Below, one piece after another: positions 32,204 to 45,337 of a stretch of 62,735 nucleotides of DNA. This stretch comes from Ranitomeya imitator (Eukaryota). Position 1 is the stretch's first letter; each line of letters begins with the position of its first letter. The stretch spans positions 183,210,001-183,272,735 of the forward strand of contig NC_091289.1 in NCBI RefSeq assembly GCF_032444005.1, given 5' to 3'. Both the position numbers and the translations under genes were made by a program. A model generated the notes under the pieces. It was not told the DNA's origin. It did not search any database and worked only from the letters and a program-made list of their open reading frames with translations.

Positions 32204-35200
32204 ATGTTGGAGCACGATGAGGACAGCTCCTCGGAGCCGGACTCTGACCTGGACCCTTCAGAACTGACAGATAAAGAGGTGCTGTGATGGGGGGTTATAC
32301 ATTGCGTTCCCTACTGGGAGACCGGCGAGAGCGTCTCCTATTTTTCATTCTCAGGATCACTGAAAAAGGGCGCAAGCGGGTGAGGGGGCCACAGACCAGA
32401 GCCCCAGTGATCATGAGATGTGGGGAATAACTTTTGAGTACTAAAATCTTGATCAACCAGATCTTAGATAATCTATAATCTGTTATTACATATGTGGTAA
32501 CTTTCCTCTATTTCTCTTGTAGCTGCAAGAAGCCTTCATTCAGGGGAAGCTGAAACCTGGACTAAATCTAGTACTGGATGCAAAGAAAAAGCCGCCTAAT
32601 GATGTGGTGAGTCCAGGTACAAATCCATCCAGAGCTAAAGGTGTCTGCACTGAAGATTTACTGTAATTACCTATATAGAACTAAAATAAACATCTGCTCC
32701 ATAAAGTCAAAGTAAAAATCAATGTAACTCATTGCATATCACATAATGCATATTCTAAGTTGCATCATGTATTTTAATTCAGAGCTGCACTCGCTGTTCT
32801 GCTGGTGCAGTCACTGTGTACATACATTACATTACTGATCCTGAGTTACATCTTGTATTATACTCCAGAGCTGCACTCACTATTCTGCTGGTGCAGTCAC
32901 TGTGTACATACATTACATTACTGGTCCTGAGTTACTTCCTGTATTATACTCCAGAGCTGCACTCACTATTCTGCTGGTGCAGTCACTGTGTACATACATT
33001 ACATTACTGATCCTGAGTTACATCCTGTATTACACTCCAGAGCTGCACTCACTATTCTGCTGCTGCAGTCACTGTACATACATTACATTACTGATCCTGA
33101 GTTACATCCTGTATTATACTCCAGAGCAGCACTCACTATTCTGCTGGTGCAGTCACTGTGTACATACATTACATTACTGATCCTGAGTTACATCCTGTAT
33201 TATACTCCAGAGCTGCACTCGCTATTCTGCTGGTGCAGTCACTGTGTACAGACATTACATTACTGATCCTGAGTTACATCCTGTATTATTCTCCAGAGCT
33301 GCACTCACTATTCTGCTGGTGCAGTCACTGTGTACATACATTAAATTACTGATCCTGAGTTACATCCTGTATTATACTCCAGAGCTGCACACACTATTCT
33401 GCTGGTGCAGTCACTGTGTACATACATTACATTACTGATCCTGAGTTACATCCTGTATTTTACCCCAGAGCTGCACTCACTATTCTGCTGGTGCAGTCAC
33501 TGTGTACATACATTACATTACTGATCCTGAGTTACATCCTATATTATATCCCAGAGCTGCGCTCGCTGTTCTGCTAGTTATTGTAAAGTTTCTGTGATTT
33601 TGTCAGCAGATAAGCACTAGCAGTCTGACTAAGCTCTTGTAATGCAGGTGACTGTACAGTGTCTGGTGCACAGACAACATTTCCACAATGTCTTTTGACA
33701 GCGTGTGCTGTGTGCAGAGGCTAATCAGTCAGGAGATGCTCTGAAGCTTGCAGAGTTATCGCTGCTGATCTGGAGTATAACAAACACAAGCTTTAACTTT
33801 TTGAAACTTGACAACATTTTTGTGTTAGTAAAATTTCTATGTAAAATACCAGAGTCTACTGTTAGGTTCACTAAAGTTTTCAGAGGTTGGGACAAATGTT
33901 AATTCTGGGACTGTCTGTGCAATAATATCTTATTTTTGATTCAGAATGGCCTGAAGCAAAGTCTGAAGGATCTGAAGAAAAACCTGTCCTGGGTGGAGCG
34001 TCTGGATGTAACTACGGCCCCTGTTCCAGACCCAGCACTGCAGAGCAGAGATGAGACACAAGACACTGATGTGGACGCAGAGGACGATTTCAAAAGAGAG
34101 ATGAGCTTGTAAGTGATCTCTGCCGGTGACGGGGACTAATCGTGTGTCTGGACGCGGATGGACTATAGAGATTCACATTTCAGCTGAAACAGTCAGCAAG
34201 CCGATCTACAGAGACACCCCACCATCATAGCTGAGTACTGACAGTGTAGGAGACAGATTATTTTTATTGTCAAATAAGTGATGTAAAGCAACAGACACTG
34301 GGAGGCGTTGGGAACTCCGGGAGATTACCGCTGAAGTGCAGCTCTGGAGTATAGTACAGGATCAGTAATGTATGTACACAGTGACTGCACCAGCAGAATA
34401 GTGACTACAGCTCTGGACTATAATACAGGATGTAACTCAGGATCAGTAATGTATCTACACAGTGACTACACCAGCAGAATAGTGAGTGCAGCTCTGGGGT
34501 ATAATACAGGATGTAACTCAGGATCAGTAATGAAATGTATCTACACAGTGACTACACCAGCAGAATAGTGAGTGCAGCTCTGGGGTATAATACAGGATGT
34601 AACTCAGGATCAGTAATGTATCTACACAGTGACTACACCAGCAGAATAGTGAGTACAGCTCTGGGGTATAATACAGGATGTAACTCAGGATCAGTAATGA
34701 AATGTATCTACACAGTGACTACACCAGCAGAATAGTGAGTGCAGCTCTGGGGTATAATACAGGATGTAACTCAGGATCAGTAATGTTTGTACACAGTGAC
34801 TGCACCAGCAGAATAGTGAGTGCAGCTCTGGGGTATAATACAGGATGTAACTCAGGATCAGTAATGTTTGTACACAGTGACTGCACCAGCAGAATAGTGA
34901 GTGCAGCTTCTGTTGTGATTTTTGTATAATTTCTGTCCTCTGTCCTCAGTTACCGCCAGGCTCAGGCTGCAGTTCTCTTCGCTTTGCCTCGTCTTCAACA
35001 GCTGAAAGTGTCTACAAAACGACCTGAAGATTATTTTGCGGAGATGGCCAAAACTGACCAGCACATGCAGAAGGTTAGTGGATCCCCTCCCAACAGTGTG
35101 AGCAGATTTGGAAGTTTCGTAGAGTTTTATTTTTGCTTTCTGTGTATAAATCGGAGTCAGAGTATAATGGAAGATTCCACAACAGTCCTTTACATTTTGT

Positions 35201-38200
35201 GTTGATTCTTATTAGTTTTCAATATTTCTGCTTGCTGTAAGTGAATGGCAAATTACTAATTGACTTCCTGAGGATGAGAATCTGCCACATGATGGGCACA
35301 CAGGTATTTGGCTCATTGTTGTGCAGGCATCGGAGCTCTCCCTTTATAACAAGCGGTGACCAGGCTGATACTTTGGAAGTAAATCACTGGCTGCAATTGG
35401 AGATACTGAAAACCGTAAGGTTTACAATTCTATTTACTGAGATTTGTTTGCGCAAAGGAGAAAATCTCTGGAAATAACGTGGTGGTGAGGATGTTGTAAT
35501 GTCCTGTATTCATGACGAGGAATAGGTGATGTTTACGTTTAAAGAAGATAAATTACATTTTTGTTACTTTGAGTCTAAGAACTAACAGGCAGTGAGTTAC
35601 TCCGTACCTATCTGTTGTGCCCACCGCCGATTTCAGCTGTCACAGAGCGCTCCTTCAGCAAATGTCACATTGACGAGCAGCGGCTTCTCATCTGCTCTGT
35701 TGACATTGTGTGACTGCCAATGTCACGGTGATGGGCAGCAGGGTGCCAGCTGTCAATTAACGTGATGCCGGCAGGAGCGTTGGGTAGAAAAAAAAGAATA
35801 TAATGGTCATGGACAACCCTTTTAAGATCTTGTGCCTTTGTGACACAACACCCCCTTTTATTCTGTAAATCGGTAGTGGACGAGATGAAACTTTAACCTG
35901 TAGAAATCTCATGCTTTCTTACAGGAACAAGAGACCTGATTGCTGAACAGATTAATTCATTCTATTGCTCCCTGTTATCAGCCACTTCAGATTTTTTTTT
36001 TTCTTCCCCCCCCCTTTTGTTTTCTAGGTCAGGAAGAAACTTCAATCCAAACAGATCTCAATGGAGAAATCTGAAAAAGCCAAACAGCTGAGACAACTGA
36101 GGAAGTATGGGAAGAAGGTGAGCGTGCGCGCCGGGTGTCTTGCTGTGACTGAGGCTTTGTTGTCCGTGCGCACTCGTCTGACATTCTGCTGCTCATACTC
36201 GTCTTGTTTGCTGCTATCATCTGTAGGTGCAAGTTGAAGTCTTACAAAAGAGACAGAAGGAGAAATCCAACATGATGCATCAGATCAAAAAGTATCAGAA
36301 AGGTAAAGATCTGTGCGGACACAGTGTGAGCAGGAAGAGTCTGATGCGGGTCCTGGTGGTGGGACCTCAGTGTGGCCCCGTATCACACAGCAGGGCATTC
36401 ACATAACTATCAACTTCTATGGTTCTTTCAAACGTTTTTGAAACCTGTTTAAAAGTGGAGAGAGTCACAAGACCTCAGCTACTCTGAGGCCTATTACTGG
36501 GCTTTGCTCATTCACATTCATAGACTTCTGTGGGCTCCATTGACAACACAAGTAATGCCTCTCTTGAGCAAAGGCAATATAGAATGAGATTGGGGAGAGC
36601 ATGCTCTGTTCTTGAAGCTCCCACTGACATAAGTGGAGAGAGCAGTGTTTGCTCCACCACCTTCTCATTCTTTGATCGGTCGGGGTCTGACGCCCATCAC
36701 CCCGTCCGATCAGCTGTCCTCTTTGTCTGTGGCCGCAATTGCGTGATTGCAGAGCTGCTCAGTCTTCTGATAGGGGCTGGGTACGACACATCCACATCCT
36801 ATTCAAATAAACAAGAGACAAATGTGCAGTACCCTGCCGCGGCCACTACCAAAAGACGCAGCAGCTCCGCAATTGAGCAGTTGTGGCTGCTGACCTTGTG
36901 GACTGCGGATTGGCGGGGAAGCTGGGTGTCAGACCCCGACTGATCATTTATGACGTATCCTAAGGGATATGTCGACAATGAAAAAATAGTGGACAACCTG
37001 TTTTGTCTAGTGGTGTCTGTATAAATCTATAAGCAGTGAGCTCTCCCTAGTGGTGGCTCTATAAATCTATGCAGTGAGCTCCCACTGGTGGCTCTATAAA
37101 TCTGCGTGCAGTGATCTCCCCTAGTGGTGCTTGTAGGCACAACATTTTCTTTAAATGAATGTATCCAGAATGTCCAAAAAATAAGGTTATGGATGCTATT
37201 TGTAATCTCTGTGCTTCACTACTGCAGATCCTTGACATTATTTTATTTTTAAGGTCTTTCTGATAAGCTGGATTTTCTAGAGGGCGATCAGCATCAACAG
37301 AAATCTGATGGAGTACAACGGAAGGGTAAAAAAGGGTGAGTGTCCCTAGACCGAACAAAAATATCTGCAGGTTGTATTTAGACATGAGCGAATATGTTCG
37401 GCTCGCGCTTTATTCAGCGGGCTATAGCGCTTACCGAAGAAGCTGCAGCGGGAACCCGGATGCCTGGAGCGCTACAATAATCGCATGTCCGGCACCACAG
37501 CTGCATGTGTCGCGGCTCTGTGATAGTCACAACACACAGGTTCTCCATGCATGTACTGTGACTGTCACACAGCCGCCGGACATGCGATTATTGTAGCGCT
37601 CCAGGCATCCGGGTTCCCGCTGTAGCTTCTTCGGTAAGCGCTATAGCCTCCTGAATAAGGTGTGAGCCGAACATATTCGCGCAACTCTAGTTGTAATAAC
37701 TCTGCTACTTGTGGCGCCTCAGTAGTTTACAGCCTGAGGCGCCACAAGTTGTACAGTACAGAATTTGACCACGTTCTTCTACATTGCATTCTCTAGTGGC
37801 CAATGTGAACATGCACTTACATGCTGCATGCACACCAACCTACATTCCAGTTCATTGCTTTGGCTTTCTATCTGCTGGGTGACTGTAGCTTCCAATTTTC
37901 TGGTATTTCTGGCTTTACAGCAGCTATTGAGCCGCAGGTGGCCGATCAATGGGGGTTCTGGTTTAGATATATTTTACCCCTTGTGAGGTACTTGTAGATG
38001 AAAAACATAATATATAGGATTGTCTTTGTGTAAAACTAATGGATGACTTTTTTTTTTCCCTCACACAAAGACCGAACGCTAAGAGAAAATACAAAGACCA
38101 GAAATTTGGATTTGGAGGAAGGAAAAAAGGATCAAAGATGAACACAAAGGAAAGTTTTAATGATGTTTCCGGTTTCCGAGCAAAAGTAGCACATGGACGA

Positions 38201-39161
38201 GGTGGCAAAAGACCCGGGAAGAAGGGAGGCAAGAACACAAATGTAAGAGAAGGAACCTACAGTACATACACAGAGCAGACACCATAGATATATCATACAC
38301 TATTTTATTCTCCAGAGCTGCACTCACTATTCTTCTGGTGCAGTCACTGTGTACATACATTACATTACTAATCCTGAGTTACCTCCTGTATTATACCCCA
38401 GAGCTGCACTCACTATTCTGCTGGTGCAGTCACTGTGTACATACATTACATTACTGATCCTGAGTTACATCCTGTATTATACCCCAGAGCTGCGCTCACT
38501 ATTCTGCTGGTGCAGTCACTGTGTACATATATTACATTACTGATCCTGATTTACATCCTGTATTATACCCCAGAGCTGCACTCACTATTCTGCTGGTGCA
38601 GTCACTGTGTACAGACATTACATTACTGATCCTGAGTTACATCCTGTATTATACTCCAGAGCTGCACTCACTATTCTGCTGGTGCAGTCACTGTGTACAG
38701 ACATTACATTACTGATCCTGAGTTACATCCTGTATTATACCCCAGAGCTGCACTCACTATTCTGCTGGTGCAGTCACTGTGTACAGACATTACATCACTG
38801 ATCCTGAGTTACATCCTGTATTATACTCCAGAGCTGCACTCACTATTCTGCTGGTGCAGTCACTGTGTACATACATTACATTACTGATCCTGAGTTACAT
38901 CCTGTATTATACCCCAGAGCTGCACTCACTATTCTGCTGGTGCAGTCACTGTGTACATACATTACTGATCCTGAGCTACATCGTGTATTATATTTCAGAG
39001 TGGCTGGGGGGCTTTTATTACCCATCTATGGTGTAACCCTTTATATGCTGCAGTGCTTCACAATAATAAATGTGATTATTCTTTTTTTTTTATTTTCTCT
39101 TTTTATGCAGAAGAGACCGGGTAAGAACGTTCGGCAGAAGATGAAGAATAAGGGACGATGA
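32204..39161 (+). CDS. EBNA1BP2: EBNA1-binding protein 2 (rRNA processing protein EBP2), 305 aa, 9 coding exons
   Basis: Exons 32204-32278, 32523-32606, 33945-34108, 34950-35073, 36028-36117, 36227-36302, 37254-37335, 38071-38242, 39111-39161 total 918 nt, all GT-AG and in phase. Motifs: LSWVERLDVT, EDDFKREMSFYRQAQAAV, KRPEDYFAEMAK, KFGFGGRKKGSK. Confidence 0.96.
32778..33577 (+). repeat. 86-bp tandem array, EBNA1BP2 intron 2
   Basis: About 9 units of CAGAGCTGCACTCACTATTCTGCTGGTGCAGTCACTGTGTACATACATTACATTACTGATCCTGAGTTACATCCTGTATTATACTC. Confidence 0.95.
34335..34908 (-). repeat. 86-bp tandem array in reverse orientation, EBNA1BP2 intron 3
   Basis: About 7 units, reverse complement of the intron 2 array. 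Confidence 0.93.
37377..37689. mobile_element. Palindromic MITE
   Basis: TAGACATGAGCGAATATGTTCGGCTC ... GAGCCGAACATATTCGCGCAACTCTA with long internal inverted arms. Superfamily not assigned. Confidence 0.75.
38310..38998 (+). repeat. 86-bp tandem array, EBNA1BP2 intron 8
   Basis: About 8 units of the same family. Confidence 0.95.
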
Positions 39162-40232
39162 GACTGATGTGCTGATTTCGGACATTGTCATCCTGCCGAT
39201 CTCCTTTTGGTGGAGCTGTATATTCTCAGACTTTCTCGTGGCTGTGGATAAAGCGCCCGGCTGCGCCTGTTATGCCATTTTTATAGATTAAGTTTTATGA
39301 TTCTATTAAATACGACAGGTGGAATCTACAGCTGCTTTAGCACTTTACTGTAAATTCGTCTGGAACACTGAGGGCCCCAAGTGACTGAGGGCCAACACTG
39401 GAGCTGGTCTACATATTGCTGGTACTGGTGAGGAGGGCTGGGTGCATTATGAGCAAGCTTAAGATGGTGCTGTTCTTCCTCCATTCTTTATACTGCAGGT
39501 TTTTCCCCATTCCCATATTTAAAGAGAGATTCTATTCTCAGTAAGTGGAGAATTGTTAGGATAAGAATCGCTGGAAGTCCGATCAGTTTAGGGACTTTCA
39601 AGGATCCTAAACATGAAGGGGGTGGTGGGGTCTTTAAGTGAACGCAACAGGCTCCAGATCTTTCAACAGCCGGGTGGCCTGAAGAGAAAGGCTGAAGTGG
39701 TTGCTAGTAATGATGTATCCCAGCAATATGTTTAATCTATGTAAGAATGGAGCAGCCCTCGAAGACCGAAACCGGCTACACAAGATTGTTTGGTTCTTCC
39801 TCGTACCAGATCGACCCTGGTTTTCTGTGCATCCCTCTTTTTTTAATCTTAATGGGGCTTTCCCAAGATTTAATCTAATCAGACTATTGGAAAAGGCATA
39901 TTAAACTAATCACTGGCGTCTGGCTGGACCACCAGTGATTCCCAGAACGGGGTTCTGCAGACTGTTATTTAGTTCTAGTGTATAGACTGATACTTCACAG
40001 GAACAGGAGGAAACACAACTCTGAGGATTTATATTCATGGCTTTATCCGATGCAAGTGGTCATATGGAGGAACTATAAGTCTCAGCCTATCATACCCTCA
40101 CACACAGGATATAGACAGCACAGGTATTTACAGGTTGTATATCAGAATCTGCTCATTACTGGTGAGAAACCTCTGGTCTGCAATGAAAGTGAATGTGTCT
40201 GTATTCCCAGACACTGTGGTCTGGCAGGACCT

Positions 40233-42661
40233 TCACTGCAGATTGACGCTCTGTTCTTTAAGTTTCCACGCCGTCTCCATGTACGCTGTGATCTCTGTCT
40301 TCTGGCGATGATAATGCAGCCGCCTGTCTGTCCAGTCAATGCCGATCTGTAGGGGAAGAAAGAGGTGAATGTCTGACTCTCAGTCCTGGCGGTAACTGAG
40401 CTGATACGTGTAACTCCCCAGGTAACCGGCTGTTACAATGGTGTTGCCTTCTTTTTGGGGAGGGAGATGCCATGCTTGGAAGCGAGGAAGGATCCCTTTA
40501 ACAGATAACTAGTACATGAAACACTGTTCTGAGAGCAGGCCAGAAGGGGGAGCTCTGAACCTGGTTTCAGGGGAGCTTCCCTAGATAAATATTGTGGCTT
40601 GGAGGAGGAGTTAGTCAGTTCAGTCTGACAGAGGAGAGAGGAAGCAGACAGAGTCTGAGAGAGGAAAGCTGGGGCCGTGCAGACCAATAGTGCGGCAGCT
40701 CCTGGAAGGAGCCATACCATCCTTGCTGCAGTGCCATCACTCCCCAGAGGACCTCTTTAAGCAGCATCGGTCACCTCTGACCGAATACCACAGGTGATGT
40801 CATGAACATTCTTATTTCTAATAACCCCTTTAAAGACCTGTCCTTTAATTTGGACGGCCACGGACTGGGTCGCTGCCACTGTGACCACCCCTTTAATGAT
40901 GACCGGACCCGGTACCGAGTAACCCCTTAGGCCCTGTCGGGCGTTCCATACGCACCAGAGGTTGAGTTATCCAGCCGATCTCTTGGCTCGTGGTTTGTGG
41001 CTCCGTATACTTTTTGGTTGGTTCCAAAGCTGCGTGATGGATTATATTCAGGAAGTTTTCTGTCCATATGTTAAAAGAAAACAAAAGTCAATGTATTAAA
41101 AATATTCATTCTCTGATGGCTGTCAGTGAATAGAAACATTGCCTATCCTAATGCAATTCTTCCCGTAACTGGTGGCTACAGTACAGTCACACACCACCAG
41201 TATATTTACACGTTGTAATCACACAATTCCCTAAATTACATTTTCAGGGTAAAATCAATAGCAACGTCCATCCTGAGCCTCCTGCCCCCGGTCCAATGAA
41301 GATGTGATGTGCCTAATAACTGCAAGGTTGGTGTCCCCAGGAACAAAGGTCAGTGACCGGGGACAAACCTGCTCCCTTCCGCTGCCCCATGGAGCCCAAT
41401 CTGTAAAGAAACTGGTGACTTCTGCATTCCAGGAAACCAGCAGCTTTAATACTCACCGTCGGCGGTCTCGTTCTGGTTCTCGTGCCACGCCATTGGCTTC
41501 CCTGTCACTGCATGCACTATAAAAAAAACAAAAAAAAAACAGTGGGGTCAGAATGGTGTCGGAGAGATGTCTTTAGGGACATTTGCTTCACATTTATCAA
41601 AATGGTGAAATCTACATCCTGATCATGAGACTAGAGGTCCGTGCTGGGGAGGAGGCTGCGCAGAATAGGCCATAAATCTCTCAGACTGTATCTAGCCGGG
41701 GACCCGTGCGGCGACCTCAGATGGACTAGAGGGTCTCCACGCTTCAGATCAATGTGTGCGCCACAGAGGTGAGACCCCCCGTCTATGGGCCATACTATCA
41801 ACGTCCAAGGCGGAATCCCCTGTATAACTCCTTATGTGTGACAGACTATTAGATCTATGGAGCGAGCGCATGAGGACAAATGCCGGCTGTGTTACACTGC
41901 CAGCACTGGCCTCACAGCAGCAACTGGAGGTTGGTCTCTGTTGTCACTACTTAAAGGTACTTTGTTCGCACAGAATGACTGTTCTAACCAGGTCCTGGTG
42001 CTTGAGGTATCATGGTGGGGCCAATCATTTACCTGCACCTTCCCAGGGTCCCTTTAAGTGGTCAATCATTCACCTGCACCTTCCCTGGGTCCCTTTAAGT
42101 GGCCATTTACCTGCACCTTCCCAGGGTCCCTTTAAGTGGCCAATCATTCACCTGCACCTTCCCAGGGTCCCTTTAAGTGGCCATTTACCTGCACCTTCCC
42201 TGGGTCCCTTTAAGTGGCCAATCATTCACCTGCACCATACGATCATGGGGGGCTGATCTGTTGCTATGACAGCCGAGACCTTGGACCTCATAGGAGCCTG
42301 TGACTTTTACTACATTACTATGGCATTGTGGGTGCGAGTCTCCTTGTGACTAAAATAATGAGAAGTATTAAAAAGTATTATTTAATATTCAAAACAATAA
42401 AAACAACATTTTAATTAATCCCCTTTTCCCAATACAGGAAAAAAAGCATATTGGGTATTGCTGCATCCTGGGCACAGTTCAGACCCTGCGGCAGAGCCGC
42501 GCACAGCAGGATACGTTACTCCTGTGATGCGGGTTGATGCTGTACTCGGTGACCAGTCTCTGGCTGCGGTTCTCCTTGCGGATCGTCTCCCGGTGGATGG
42601 CGTTGAGTGACACCTCGTCCCGCGGAGCTTTCTCGCGCTGTCCCGTCGCTGTGGCCGCCAT
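40233..42661 (-). CDS. CFAP144: CFAP144 / FAM183A ciliary microtubule inner protein, 139 aa, 4 exons
   Basis: Exons 42661-42520, 41516-41457, 41059-40956, 40346-40233 total 420 nt. Translation includes [20 protein letters not shown] and [33 protein letters not shown], matching FAM183 family motifs. It also neighbours EBNA1BP2 as in human. Confidence 0.9.
42021..42236. repeat. 35/39-bp tandem repeat in CFAP144 intron 1
   Basis: CCAATCATT(T/C)ACCTGCACCTTCCC(A/T)GGGTCCCTTTAAGTGG, about 5.5 units. Confidence 0.9.
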
Positions 42662-42693
42662 ATTAGGGGTTACTTGTTGTGGTTTTGCGTCCT

Positions 42694-42762
42694 GTTTCCA
42701 AGGAAACAGTTAAGGCTGTCCTTTGCGGCGCCTGAGTGGATGTGGCCCGTTACCACAGCAAC
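42694..42762. promoter_or_regulatory. Two RFX X-boxes upstream of CFAP144
   Basis: GTTTCCAAGGAAAC (42694-42707) and GTTACCACAGCAAC (42749-42762), 33 and 88 bp upstream of the ATG. Confidence 0.75.
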
Positions 42763-43622
42763 CAAGGACCCCGCGGTCTGGCCACAGCTGTGCCTGAGCT
42801 GGTGGATACTGGAGGCGAGAAGGGTCAGATTCGGGAGAGGTTTCTATGGCGACTGTATGACCATATATGGTTGTGTGGGGAGCGGCTCCCTGCGCTGTTG
42901 GAGCCATAATAACCGCTCATTATATATTTACTCATCAATGATTTGTTCTTATTTAACATAATAAAGCGTTTTAATTTGAGTTTGTTTTTTATATCTTAAA
43001 TAATGTAGTAAGCATTTTTTTGTATTTTTCAGCCACGTGACGTACATGAGCCTGAGCAATGGTATAAGAGTGCAGTCCTCCACCACACAGTGTATGAGTA
43101 TCTGTCAGGGATTAATGGGTGTACTAAGATGGCCGACCGGGGGCCATTACTGCACTTTGATGATTTATCAGCCCAAATAAACACGGCAGCGACCCCACAG
43201 AATCATTATCTGCAGCAATAGCTGGGTGTGCACAGTGCTGTACAGGGACCGGGCAGCGTGGGAGCGACTTGTGCCCCCATCATGGGCGCTCAGTCTGTGC
43301 TGCTGGGTCTACAGCTGGCATCACATTGCAAATAACAGAAGAAGCCGCGGCACTCACTCGTAAGTCTGCAGAATTTGTAGAATTTATTCCGTTGTCTTCA
43401 AAAGACAAACGTTCCGCGTGCGGGAGTAATCCCGCTGTTTGAGAAAGGCTGGTGCTTGGGCCGATCTGCGGAATATTTGTCTTTTGGAGACCATGGAATA
43501 AATTTGACAAATTCTGGAAACTTACAAGTCAGTATCGGGCTTATGTGACTTGCTGGTTGGCCAGTAACGAAGCGCAGAACAACTTGTATATACAGATCCC
43601 AAACCTGAGATGGACACCCCCA

Positions 43623-45110
43623 GAGTATAACATCCCCACTACCACCACACAGTATAACATCCCCACTACCACCACACGGTATAATGTCCCCACTACCACA
43701 CAATATAATGTCCCCACTACCACACAGTATAATGGCCCCACTACCACCACACGGTATAATGTCCCCACTACCACCACACAGTATAACATCCCCACTACCA
43801 CCACACGCTATAATGTTCCCACTACCACCACACAGTATAATGTCCCCACTACCACCACACGGTATAATGTCCCCACTACCACACAATATAATGTCCCCAC
43901 TACCACAAAGTATAATGGCCCCACTACCACCACACAGTATAATGTCCCCACTACCACCACACAGTATAACATCCCCACTACCACCACACGCTATAATGTC
44001 CCCACTGCCACCACACAGTATAATGTCCCCACTACCACCACACGGTATAATGTCCCCACTACCATACAATATAATGTCCCCACTACCACCACACGGTATA
44101 ATGTCCCCACTACCACCACACGGTATAACTTCCCCACTACCACCACACAGTATAACATCCCCACTACCACCACACGCTATAATGTCCCCACTACCACCAC
44201 ACAGTATAACTTCCCAACTTCCACCACACGGTATAATGTCCCCACTACCACACAATATAATGTCCCCACTACTACCACACAGTATAATGGCCTCACTACC
44301 ACCACACGGTATAATGTCCCCACTACCACCACACGGTATAATGTCCCCACTACCACCACACGATATAATGTCCCCACTACCACCACACGGTATAATGTCC
44401 CCACTACCACCACACGGTATAACGTCCCCACAACCACCACACGGTATAACGTCCCCACAACCACCACACGGTATAACGTCCCCACAACCACCACACGGTA
44501 TAACGTCCCCACTACCACCACACAGTATAACGTCCCCACAACCACCACACAGTATAACATCCCCACTACCACCACACAGTATAACGCCCCCACAACCACC
44601 ACCACACAGTGTAATGGCCCCAACAGATGCCTCCACACAGTATATTGTCCTCCACACAGTGTAATGCCCCCTCTGCCCCCACACAGTATAACGTCCTAAA
44701 TACCACCACACAGTATAATGGCCCCAATAGATCCCCAACACAGTATAATGCCCTCATTGCCCCCCACACAGTATAATGGCCCCCACAGATCCCCCTAAAA
44801 AATATAATGGCCTCCACAGTTCCCCCCACACAGTAAAATGGCTCGCACAGATCCCCCCACACAGTATAATGGTCCCCAAAGATGCCACTACACAGTATAA
44901 TGACCCCAACAGATACCCCCACACAGATCTCTCTAGACCGTATAATGGCCCTCCACAAATCCCCCCACACAGTATGATGCCCCCATTGCTACCCACACAG
45001 TATGATGCTCCCACAGCTCCCCTCCACATAATATGATGACCCCAATGTCCCCTACACAGTATAATGTCCCAACGGCTCCCCCCATATAGTATGATAAGCC
45101 CAGTCACGCA
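43623..45110. repeat. 24/27-bp C-rich minisatellite (TATAATGTCCCCACTACCACCACAC), homogeneous to about 44640 and degenerate beyond
   Basis: Direct reading. It explains the spurious long ORFs in several frames. Confidence 0.92.
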
Positions 45111-45337
45111 CCCAGTATGATGTCCCTTTACGCCAGTGGAAATAAAAAAAAAACCCTAGCCTAAAAGACGCAGATATAATTAAATACAGGTAGACAGCCC
45201 TGAACCTGGCAGTGAGACTGGGGTGAATTCATGAAAGGGGGCAGGCGGATGAAGATACAGTCCGTCATCGCCCATTTAATGGCTCGGGATCGGTCGGTGT
45301 CACGCACCATCAGGCGCCTTCACATGTCCGTTTTTAA

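Noticed and set aside
39668-39778. Hammerhead-like CTGAAGA ... CGAAACCGGC downstream of EBNA1BP2
   Set aside because: About 80 nt between the boxes without a convincing stem II, and no NUH cleavage triplet.
42506-42520. U12-type donor GTATCCTG near the CFAP144 exon 1 end
   Set aside because: It would put exon 2 out of frame and no U12 branch site precedes the acceptor; the GT at 42519 preserves the frame.
43398-44741. 447-, 415- and 326-aa ORFs (mucin-, cysteine- or proline-rich looking)
   Set aside because: Open in several frames on both strands because the 24/27-bp unit lacks stops; no splice or homology support.
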